Positions 20,978 through 29,403 of a stretch of DNA of 64,000 nucleotides are shown here, piece by piece; within the stretch, counting starts at the first letter, position 1; every line of letters starts with the position of its first letter. Location: IMG/VR virus record IMGVR_UViG_3300042197_002762, positions 64,001 through 128,000 of that record. One strand, given 5' to 3'. A model generated the notes under the pieces. The model worked only from the letters and a program-made list of their open reading frames with translations. It had not been told where the DNA came from and ran no database searches. Origin of the DNA: a virus. The translations under genes were made by a program, and so were the position numbers.

Positions 20978-23900
20978 ATGGCTAATTTTATTGGTACAAT
21001 TTCTGGAATTAGGGACAAGTCTACGAATAATTTTTTATTCAGAATGACGGGTATTACTGGTTTAAATGGTGAAAACCATCCTTTTAGCTATTATTCTGGC
21101 AATGGAATCGATTTTATTAGAGTAAATTCAAGTGGAGAATTGCTTAACCAACAAGTTCCAAAAATTAATTTAAATATTCCTTTCCATCTAGTTTTTGTTC
21201 ATAGATGGAATCAATTATTAAATGATGTTTCTTATATACCATTTACTCTTGATTGTACTGGTATATCTGGCGTTTCTAAAATAGCTGCAATCTATACTCC
21301 ATTTGATAATGGATCAGGGACAGATGTATTTTTAGGAATGTATACAAGTGGAAATCAATTGGTGGGACCAAGTTTATCTGTCGCTTCTTATGGTAGTCTA
21401 ACAGGTACTCAAAATTTTATTGTTGACCAATGGATTTATAGTGGTAACAATTATTTCGGTAAAGCTGGTAGCACATTTAAAAAATTAAATCAAACTAAAA
21501 ATTTAAATAATTTTCAATATATAAATGACTCTCGTATTAACGTTGAAAAACCTGGCTCAACGCTTGGTTTATCTGGTATTCTTCAAGAAAATTATTTTTA
21601 TGATCTTGGAGAGCTAATGGTGTTTAACAAAACATTAACTTGTCAAGAAAAATTACAATTATGTGAGTATTTAAATAATAAATGGGGCGTCAATGATACT
21701 TGTGTAAGCTGTTCAAGTAGTTCAAGTTCTAGCTCAAGCTCAAGTTCGAGCGTTGACCCTGCAAAAACATTTGTTTCTGTTCTGACAAATGAACAAACGT
21801 TGAGTGGGCGATTAAACCAACCAATGTGGGTTAATATTAACCCATCAATAATACAACCTGGTCAAATAGGAAATGCTTTTTTTAGTTTTATCGCGCCTAA
21901 TAATAATTTATGGCAAACGACTGGTCTTGTTCCAAATACGTGGAATGTAATTTCGGGTTCTTTACCAGCTGGATTGGGTTTATCAACAGGAGCTTTTGGC
22001 GTTATAACTGGTACGCCAACACAATCTGTCAATAGAAAAGTTTTAATACGTCAATGTTATTGTACGGGCTTTTATCCACCATGTGTAATTTTTAGAGATT
22101 CTTTTGTTAATGTTAATATAACAAATTCTGCCACATCTACTGGTAATTTATATGCGGTAGACAATAGTCGTTTAATATTTACGTGTGGTAATGACCCAGG
22201 ACCGTCCCCATCTCCAAATCCCCAAACACTTGCAAAATTAAGTAACGAACAAACTTTAAATTTATTAGTTAATACGCCATCATGGACACCTAATAACTTA
22301 TTAATTGTAAATAAAACTAATACTCCAGGATGTTTAGTTGATCATGGTATTGATTTACAAGAAAATTTATGGAGAAGTTTTGGATTGCTTCCTAATAGTT
22401 GGAGTGTTACTAGTGGTTCTTTACCAAATGGTTTAACCTTATCTACAACAAAAAGTAATTTAATAGAAGGTACACCAACGCAATTAGGTTCTACTGGTTG
22501 TATAATTAGACAATGTTATTGTACAAGTACGGTTCCTAATTGCGCTCTATTTGTAGATTCTAAGATTAATTTTAATGTAGTTAATGAGATTGCCCAATCT
22601 CAAGATATCATTCAAAATGATTTTACGATTGATAATCGTACATTTTCTGCTGACTGTGGTCCAGGACCATCACCCTCGCCAAGCCCTTCACCAAGCCCTA
22701 GCCCTAGCCCTAGCCCTGGCCCTGGCCCTGGCCCTAGTCCTTCGCCTAGTCCTTCGCCTAGTCCTTCGCCAAGTCCTTCGCCAAGCCCTTCGCCTGGAAA
22801 TGAAAGCTGTTGTGAAAAAGAACCATCAATAACACTTACAAGTGCGACTCCTATTTGTAGTCCCTCTGAAAGAAAAGTTCTTATCGGTGCGTCATGTCAA
22901 GTTAAATTATGGGAAGCTTGTGATCATACCAGTTTACAAACAACATTTGAATTCATGGGTAAACGTTATCCAGGGCAAGGTGGTCGTATAAATAATGGCA
23001 ATCTTACAAATGATGTGGAATGTGAAGTACCAAATAATTTTATAAGAGAAATTTGCGGAGGAACAAATCCAAAAATTACTGTTTATGTTGAGGGTACTTT
23101 AAATAATAATTTAAGTAGTTGTTCAGATACTTTTGAAATTGACGATGACGGGAATAAAACCCAAACAGGGGATGACTCAAAATATAATCAAATGAAAATT
23201 TCTATTCCAAATGATCCTAATGATATCGATTGGGAAACTGTTTGGGGACCGTTTCGAAAAGAATCATGTGGAAGATATTGGAACGATCCAAGTAATACGA
23301 GCAAATGCCCTATTTGTGATTGTTGTTCAGATGTTGAGAATTTACAAGATGAAAGCTACAGATTTGGAGGTGATAATGAATTTATTAAATTTGTTAATCC
23401 TTGTTGGGAATACGTCGGAAAAGATGCAAAATGCGAAGAAGTAAATGAAGAACTAGACACATGCTGTATAGATTTTGACTGTGTGGAAAGTGCTAAAAGC
23501 CCTGTCCCACCCAAAATTGGTGCCCATAGAGCAATGTTTGAATGCAACAAAGAAGAACAAGTATGGCCAGCTGTTTACTTACTAGTCTGTGATCCTAAAT
23601 TATGCACTAATCGTCAAGCTTGGATAGAGGCTGGCCTAAGTTTTCCAGAGAATGGACAAGGAAATAATTGGGAAACTGTTCTAGAATGGAATGAAAAAAA
23701 TGGCGGAAATTTGGTTAAAGCAACATCTATACCAGCAAACTGTATTGGCGGAGGTAGTGAGTTGTGTTATATTTGCACGCCCAATAAACAAGCGGAATGT
23801 CCTTGTCAGGTGGATGAGTGCTGTTCATCTTCATCCTCGTCTTCATCGTCTTCATCGTCTTCATCGTCTTCATCGTCTTCATCATCTTCATCCTCGTCGT

Positions 23901-24025
23901 CCCAAGAACCATCATCACAAGAACCGTCTTCTTCTGATTATACAGGTGGCCAAAATGCAGCGCTAATGTTAGATATTCTTAAACTTTTAGAAGATCAGGA
24001 GATAAACAATCTAATTGATAAATAA
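20978..24025 (+). CDS. virion fibre/adhesin-like protein: LamG-like, two putative Ig (He_PIG-like) repeats, Pro-Ser linker, Cys-rich C-terminal half
   Basis: LGELMVFNKTLTCQEKLQLCEYLNNKWG (LamG end); SGSLPAGLGLST..ITGTPT and SGSLPNGLTLST..IEGTPT; (PS)n; poly-Ser. Confidence 0.7.
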   Translation: MANFIGTISGIRDKSTNNFLFRMTGITGLNGENHPFSYYSGNGIDFIRVNSSGELLNQQVPKINLNIPFHLVFVHRWNQLLNDVSYIPFTLDCTGISGVSKIAAIYTPFDNGSGTDVFLGMYTSGNQLVGPSLSVASYGSLTGTQNFIVDQWIYSGNNYFGKAGSTFKKLNQTKNLNNFQYINDSRINVEKPGSTLGLSGILQENYFYDLGELMVFNKTLTCQEKLQLCEYLNNKWGVNDTCVSCSSSSSSSSSSSSSVDPAKTFVSVLTNEQTLSGRLNQPMWVNINPSIIQPGQIGNAFFSFIAPNNNLWQTTGLVPNTWNVISGSLPAGLGLSTGAFGVITGTPTQSVNRKVLIRQCYCTGFYPPCVIFRDSFVNVNITNSATSTGNLYAVDNSRLIFTCGNDPGPSPSPNPQTLAKLSNEQTLNLLVNTPSWTPNNLLIVNKTNTPGCLVDHGIDLQENLWRSFGLLPNSWSVTSGSLPNGLTLSTTKSNLIEGTPTQLGSTGCIIRQCYCTSTVPNCALFVDSKINFNVVNEIAQSQDIIQNDFTIDNRTFSADCGPGPSPSPSPSPSPSPSPSPGPGPGPSPSPSPSPSPSPSPSPSPSPGNESCCEKEPSITLTSATPICSPSERKVLIGASCQVKLWEACDHTSLQTTFEFMGKRYPGQGGRINNGNLTNDVECEVPNNFIREICGGTNPKITVYVEGTLNNNLSSCSDTFEIDDDGNKTQTGDDSKYNQMKISIPNDPNDIDWETVWGPFRKESCGRYWNDPSNTSKCPICDCCSDVENLQDESYRFGGDNEFIKFVNPCWEYVGKDAKCEEVNEELDTCCIDFDCVESAKSPVPPKIGAHRAMFECNKEEQVWPAVYLLVCDPKLCTNRQAWIEAGLSFPENGQGNNWETVLEWNEKNGGNLVKATSIPANCIGGGSELCYICTPNKQAECPCQVDECCSSSSSSSSSSSSSSSSSSSSSSSSSSQEPSSQEPSSSDYTGGQNAALMLDILKLLEDQEINNLIDK
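22658..22798 (+). repeat. Pro-Ser/Pro-Gly dipeptide repeat linker
   Basis: AGCCCT, GGCCCT and CCTTCGCCTAGT short tandem units encoding PSPSPS...PGPGP...PSPSP. Confidence 0.9.
23825..23901 (+). repeat. poly-Ser tract built mainly from a 9-bp TCTTCATCG unit
   Basis: Direct reading of sequence. Confidence 0.85.
23904..23994 (+). repeat. 91-bp direct repeat, copy 1
   Basis: 87/91 identical to 26145-26235; encodes EPSSQEPSSSDYTGGQNAALMLDILKLLE. Confidence 0.92.
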
Positions 24026-24027
24026 TC

Positions 24028-25083
24028 ATGTCTGAAATTGTTAAGATAAAAAAAGTAGATTTTTATCATGTAGTAGATAATCGTATTAATACCACAGTTA
24101 ATTCTTATAGTGGTCATGGCGATGTTTCTTTTTTTGATAATCAGATTTTTACTGGAACTATATTGAACCCCAGTGGATTGCAACCTGTTATATATTTTAC
24201 TACTGGAGTTTTAGTTGGTGATATAAATGATGGTAGTGGTTCTTATACCTGGCAAAATTTAGAATTAACACATCCTGGTCAACAAACTAGGGTATATTTA
24301 AACTACGCTACTGGATTTAAACCAGCTGAAAATATAATCGAATTTATAGATAACACGGGATTTGGTCTACAAAATGGCGATTATATAAGTATTGCAGATT
24401 TCTTATTTTATTATAATACTGGTGCGAATAATCCAGGACAATTTAGTTCTCCACAAAATTTATTAAATAATCTAAATTCTGGCGCGACAGGTGGTTTAAA
24501 TGATCAAGGGTACACACTTTTGCAAACTCTTGTTGGCATAACTGGATATCAAATTGATAATAAATTATTTTTATCTTCTTATTTAAGAAGTGGGGAAGAC
24601 GGTAATAATATTAGAGTATACAGAGATTCAATAAATTTAAATTCTATTAAAATTCATAATAGATACTTTACTGGTGGGGAAAGTTATCGGCCTAGGGTAA
24701 ATTCATGGATAGGATCTTTTTCTGGGGTATTCAATCTAACCGTAGAAAATTCAGGATTTTACACAAGATATATTGAACCTATAGAATTATTCCCTAATAT
24801 ATCAGGTATTCTATGGGAAGATAATTTTAGCGGCAATTATTTTGTATTAACTGGATTAAAAGATCCTAGAAGTCCCCAAAATTATTCTGGGGTTAGAGTA
24901 TTATTTAACACTGAAATTGGCCAATTTTCTGGTTCAGCTATTATACCATTAAACCAATCTACAGTTTATACGGGTCTTAATATTGAAATCTTAAAACCAA
25001 ATCCATATAATATTTCTGGTAATAGATTTCAATATATTATTAGCGGAAATGATATCTTTTACACAGATATTTTAGAAGGATAA
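24028..25083 (+). CDS. hypothetical virion-associated protein
   Basis: 351 aa, Gly/Thr/Asn-rich like neighbouring tail proteins; coupled to upstream stop. Confidence 0.55.
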   Translation: MSEIVKIKKVDFYHVVDNRINTTVNSYSGHGDVSFFDNQIFTGTILNPSGLQPVIYFTTGVLVGDINDGSGSYTWQNLELTHPGQQTRVYLNYATGFKPAENIIEFIDNTGFGLQNGDYISIADFLFYYNTGANNPGQFSSPQNLLNNLNSGATGGLNDQGYTLLQTLVGITGYQIDNKLFLSSYLRSGEDGNNIRVYRDSINLNSIKIHNRYFTGGESYRPRVNSWIGSFSGVFNLTVENSGFYTRYIEPIELFPNISGILWEDNFSGNYFVLTGLKDPRSPQNYSGVRVLFNTEIGQFSGSAIIPLNQSTVYTGLNIEILKPNPYNISGNRFQYIISGNDIFYTDILEG

Positions 25084-25088
25084 AATAT

Positions 25089-25664
25089 ATGTCAAATTAT
25101 AATAAAATAGGAATTACTAGACCTACTGCTGGACAAGCGCACCCATTTAAAATTGATATAGGCAAAAAGGGGACAAGATCTGATGGAACTCCTATTTATT
25201 ATTTAGCTGTTAATTATCATTCTAGACTATTTACGGGAATGGGAAAAACTAGTAAATATTTACAATGGTTAAAAATTCCAATTAAAGGTTTAGATTTTCC
25301 ACAAGATGTACCATCTTCATTTCCTGGTCAAAATTATTATTGTGTTTTAAAAGTTACTGTAAATAATTTAAGCGCTGAAGAAGCTGAAATTATATGGGTT
25401 TCAAATGATAAAACAGTTAATGAATTACAGCCCGTCACTTTTGAAGGAAGTGATAATCTAAAACAGGTAGAAGCAAGAATCATTATAGGTGTTTTTGTTT
25501 CAGACGATGAAGCTGTAGCTGGACTTCCTGGAAACGAAAGTGCTGTTAATACCGCATATATAATGCAAAATATTAATACAAATTTATTAATGTGCAATAT
25601 GGTTTTTGATGGTGCGCCAATTATATACCCTGTTCCATTTGCAGGCGGTAGATTAAACTTCTAA
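25089..25664 (+). CDS. hypothetical protein (tail module)
   Basis: 191 aa in-operon ORF. Confidence 0.55.
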   Translation: MSNYNKIGITRPTAGQAHPFKIDIGKKGTRSDGTPIYYLAVNYHSRLFTGMGKTSKYLQWLKIPIKGLDFPQDVPSSFPGQNYYCVLKVTVNNLSAEEAEIIWVSNDKTVNELQPVTFEGSDNLKQVEARIIIGVFVSDDEAVAGLPGNESAVNTAYIMQNINTNLLMCNMVFDGAPIIYPVPFAGGRLNF

Positions 25665-25666
25665 TT

Positions 25667-27403
25667 ATGGCCGTAAAAATAAATAAACATGTTTTTCATG
25701 GTATATATAGTAATTTTGGTTACAAACCGTTTTTTACTTTAGATAAATTATGGGCGGATTATCCGATACATACTAAAAGGGCAATTTTTGGAGCTAAAGA
25801 TCCAGACAGTTCTGGCGGGGGGACTGGAGGTACTCCAGAAAAACCACCCGAATTTAAAGATGAAGAAGAAGCTTTAAAATGGTATAAAAAAACTCAATAC
25901 GGAAAAACAGAGTTCGAAAAATTAAAATTTCCAGAAGATTTTTGTAAAAATTACTTTACTATTCCAGAAACAGAATTTTCTAAATATAGACATTATTTTC
26001 ATGGAATGATTAAGTCTATTTTATTTAAATGGAACTATTCTATTGATTATAGTGGATCTCATAAAAATTTAAATGATTGTAGATGTTCTTCTAGCAGTAG
26101 CAGTAGTAGTAGTAGTAGTAGTAGTAGTGAAGAACCTTCATCAGAAGAACCATCATCACAAGAACCATCTTCTTCTGATTATACAGGTGGCCAAAATGTA
26201 GCGTTAATGTTAAATATTCTTAAACTTTTAGAAGACGAAGAACTTTCAGTTATGCTACAGGATACTGGAACAGGTGGCGGAAGTAATACAGGTCCAGGGG
26301 GTGGTGGATCAGGTAATGGAGACGAAGATTGTTGTTATTGCCCTCCGTGCGATACGCCAGAAGAGGATAAATCAAAGGTTAAATGTTCATCAACTTTTAA
26401 TGCAAAATTTTCTGTAGATATAGATATTGATACAAAAAAAATCTTTGAAATTCCAGAATTACAAACGCGTATAGGAGCAATTAAGATATATAGAAACTTT
26501 AGGCCGTCATATGAAGATGATTCAAAAACAGAAGATGAGCTATATGATCAAGTTGGAAGATTATATAAAGAAAATTGGAAATTAGATCCCGAATGGAATA
26601 GTGAATTTAAATCAAAAAAAGAATTCCCAGATAATTCAACAAGAATAAATGACCCTGTAATTTTATCTTTGGGCGGTGCGGGGGGTTATGGTGGTGGCCC
26701 AAATCTTGCAACTGATAGTAACGGCTATCTTAATATAAATGTTCAGCTCGGCGGAAATAAAGGTAGCAATCCAGAAGAAATTATTAGTAACCAACAGCAA
26801 GCAAAAGAATCAAATAATCTAGGAAAAATTAAAGTTCAAGTAAACTCTAAAAACGCTTATTTTACTAGCGCTGGAGTTCGTTTTTCTATAGGAGTGTCAA
26901 CTATATGTTATATTAGATCACAGAAAAAATTTATGTGTTTTGTAGAAGTTTCTTCTGAAACTAGTGATAGTAAAAATCATTTCATTGAAGGTGATAGTCC
27001 AGAAAATTGGCAACAACTTTTCCCAATTGATGATTCGAATATTGATCCGTTAACAATTTTTTCAACATACGATTTAGATAAAAAAGAGAAAAAAGATGAA
27101 ACGTACTATACTTGCCCCAATGGAGATAAAACTGGTTTAAAATTAAAAAAAGATAAATTAAGTATTAAAATCGATGGTCAAACAGCGGAAATTGAAGTTT
27201 ATACTCCAGAAAAAACTGAATTTAAATATAAATCTTGGAAAACCGGAGTCTCAAAAACAGGTTGCGAAAATAAAGATCTAGATAAAAATTGTGGTACAGA
27301 TGAATACACAAAAAAATGGAATATTACTAAACCAACAATAGAATTTACTTCATGGAAAAATGACTTTTCTAAAGATAATGTTTTTCCGCCAAAAGTTGGT
27401 TAA
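25667..27403 (+). CDS. hypothetical virion-associated protein with poly-Ser, Gly-rich and Cys-rich insert
   Basis: 578 aa; carries copy 2 of the 91-bp repeat. Confidence 0.6.
   Translation: MAVKINKHVFHGIYSNFGYKPFFTLDKLWADYPIHTKRAIFGAKDPDSSGGGTGGTPEKPPEFKDEEEALKWYKKTQYGKTEFEKLKFPEDFCKNYFTIPETEFSKYRHYFHGMIKSILFKWNYSIDYSGSHKNLNDCRCSSSSSSSSSSSSSSEEPSSEEPSSQEPSSSDYTGGQNVALMLNILKLLEDEELSVMLQDTGTGGGSNTGPGGGGSGNGDEDCCYCPPCDTPEEDKSKVKCSSTFNAKFSVDIDIDTKKIFEIPELQTRIGAIKIYRNFRPSYEDDSKTEDELYDQVGRLYKENWKLDPEWNSEFKSKKEFPDNSTRINDPVILSLGGAGGYGGGPNLATDSNGYLNINVQLGGNKGSNPEEIISNQQQAKESNNLGKIKVQVNSKNAYFTSAGVRFSIGVSTICYIRSQKKFMCFVEVSSETSDSKNHFIEGDSPENWQQLFPIDDSNIDPLTIFSTYDLDKKEKKDETYYTCPNGDKTGLKLKKDKLSIKIDGQTAEIEVYTPEKTEFKYKSWKTGVSKTGCENKDLDKNCGTDEYTKKWNITKPTIEFTSWKNDFSKDNVFPPKVG
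26145..26235 (+). repeat. 91-bp direct repeat, copy 2
   Basis: 87/91 identical to 23904-23994; offset 2241 nt. Confidence 0.92.
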
Positions 27404-28155
27404 GATTTTTTATTTTTATTTTTAATTCCACTAATAATAGTGAACATGGATAGTGGGGGAATATCATTTATACTACTCCAGTTTTCTGAGCCCTCCATTT
27501 TCTTTTGAACTGCCCGTTCTTTAATCTGTTCAAAAGAAATATTATATTCTTCCATTGTTTTTTGTAAAAGCGCAATTGGTTGAGTTGTCAACGTATTTGG
27601 TTCAACTTCAGTATCAACGTGAGTAGTTTTTCCCATTTCGTCATTACCAACAATATTAATTTTAAGAAAACTTCTTACGGCACGAATAAAAGCTCGATTT
27701 TCAGCAATCGCCATTAGAAAGTTTTTAGCAAAATCTTTTGTATTGTCTAAATGGGCGTCTGCTAAAGCAGAGAACGAAACTTCTTGCATGCTTGTTTCGT
27801 AATTGGGTAACCAATCAATGGTGCATTTTACAGCAACATAATCTGGTTGAGCTTGAATTACTTCATAAGAAACATTTTTATAACCCCTGATTTGAGCAAG
27901 TTCTTTAATACCAGCCAAAAGAATAAGCAATTGATTATCTGCTAAAGATGTCACATCGATTTCTTTAAGATTGATATCTTTTTGATTTTTAAAAGCATCA
28001 CGGTTGGGAACAAGATATTCTTTATTAATCATTGCTCTCCAATTTATGGTATTATCTGGATGGAAAATATAATCTACGCACTCTAAAAGACCATTCACAT
28101 CTCTTTTAAATTTATTTACAGTATCTTTATAACGATAAACGATTTTATCTGACAT
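27400..28155 (-). CDS. putative Rad52/ERF-like ssDNA annealing protein
   Basis: 251 aa; VAVKCTIDW..FSALADA...MAIAENRAFIRAVRSFLKI resembles the beta-beta-beta-alpha core of phage annealing proteins; weak. Confidence 0.4.
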   Translation of the reverse strand: MSDKIVYRYKDTVNKFKRDVNGLLECVDYIFHPDNTINWRAMINKEYLVPNRDAFKNQKDINLKEIDVTSLADNQLLILLAGIKELAQIRGYKNVSYEVIQAQPDYVAVKCTIDWLPNYETSMQEVSFSALADAHLDNTKDFAKNFLMAIAENRAFIRAVRSFLKINIVGNDEMGKTTHVDTEVEPNTLTTQPIALLQKTMEEYNISFEQIKERAVQKKMEGSENWSSINDIPPLSMFTIISGIKNKNKKS

Positions 28156-28161
28156 GCTCTG

Positions 28162-28190
28162 ATTATGGCACTATTTGGTCAATTTGTCAA
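28162..28190 (-). promoter_or_regulatory. sigma-70-type promoter, leaderless
   Basis: TTGACA-N17-CATAAT, ATG 6 nt downstream. Confidence 0.75.
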
Positions 28191-28193
28191 ATT

Positions 28194-29402
28194 TTATTTG
28201 TAGAACAAACAGTAATCCGAATCATTTTGTATCAACAGATCTAAATTTGCTATATCTGATATTTGCTGAGATATATCTAAATTAGCATTTAACTCAATTG
28301 GCTTATTTTCTAAATAAGCCGCTTTACTTAAATATACATTATTATTTGCGAATAATAATTTTTTGCTACGATAAAATGTACTATTTTTAATTAAATTAAA
28401 ATCTTTATTCGGGTATTCTATAACATTAATCGGTTCTTGATATTCAATTAAATCAAGCTTTTTTTGGTTAAGATCTTCTTTATTTCCATCTGGAAGTTCG
28501 TGAAAAATAAAATCTATTTTTATTCCAAAAGATCTTACCTGATCTATAAAATCAGTATCTATATTTTTATTTGTAACATCGTAAAAAATATTAACAATTT
28601 TATCTTTTAATTGTAGTAGTTTACTAATATCCAAAGGCTTATCCGTAATTAAGGCACAATTTCTTATATTTAAATTATTTAAAGTACAAATATAATCATT
28701 TTCTTGTATTTGATCAATATAATCGAATCTTATATTTAGGAGAACATTTGAAAAAATATTCGGTGGTAAAATAATAGAAGGAATTGATTCTAGTAAAAGA
28801 GTTCCGTACTTATCTCCGATAAAAGTAGTTTTTTGATTTATTGTTTTATTAATATTTAATAATTCTAAAATTGAATTAGCAATTTCTTCTGGTTTAATAT
28901 TATTTATTGTTTTGGGGTTTTCTTCTGCCGCATAAGATGGTTTTTTACCATTTAAATCTGCTTGTATTAATTTTATATTTTTTGATGTAGACCAGTATGG
29001 TCTAGATTGAGAAGCATACATATTACAATATAATGCGACAATTTTTTTATCAAAATAAGAAGCTATATGTATAGGAAAACTATCTACCCCAAAATGCAAT
29101 AAAGAATTATTTATAATATAGGCTGTTTGATTGAAATTTGTTTGACCCATTAATTGAAAACAATTATTATATCCAGACTCATTTGGACCCCCAATTTGTA
29201 TAATGCCTATACCATTTTCAGAAAGAATTGGAGAAATTAAATCTATAACGTCTTGCCAATAAGAATATTTACGAGAGTTAAATTTACCGAAAGGATTAAA
29301 CGTTATATATTTCTCAAATGGCACAGGGTAATATTTTTCATAGATAAAAGGTTTATCTATTTTTAACCCACAATTTAAAGCGTATTGTTCTAAAATATGC
29401 AT
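28194..29402 (-). CDS. glycosyltransferase family 9-like C-terminal domain plus unknown domain
   Basis: YITFNP...RKYSYWQDVI...IIQIGG...GQTNFNQTAYII..SLLHFGVDSFPIHIASYFDKKIVALY matches GT9 C-lobe. Confidence 0.75.
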   Translation of the reverse strand: MHILEQYALNCGLKIDKPFIYEKYYPVPFEKYITFNPFGKFNSRKYSYWQDVIDLISPILSENGIGIIQIGGPNESGYNNCFQLMGQTNFNQTAYIINNSLLHFGVDSFPIHIASYFDKKIVALYCNMYASQSRPYWSTSKNIKLIQADLNGKKPSYAAEENPKTINNIKPEEIANSILELLNINKTINQKTTFIGDKYGTLLLESIPSIILPPNIFSNVLLNIRFDYIDQIQENDYICTLNNLNIRNCALITDKPLDISKLLQLKDKIVNIFYDVTNKNIDTDFIDQVRSFGIKIDFIFHELPDGNKEDLNQKKLDLIEYQEPINVIEYPNKDFNLIKNSTFYRSKKLLFANNNVYLSKAAYLENKPIELNANLDISQQISDIANLDLLIQNDSDYCLFYK

Positions 29403-29403
29403 A

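Noticed and set aside
22584-23966. Short ORFs with ALALAL, HRLHRL or MKTMKT repeats
   Set aside because: Alternative frames of the Pro-Ser and poly-Ser tracts
23904-26235. Diversity-generating retroelement TR/VR pair
   Set aside because: The four differences (G/A, C/T, C/T, G/A) are not confined to adenines of one strand, and no reverse transcriptase is in the window
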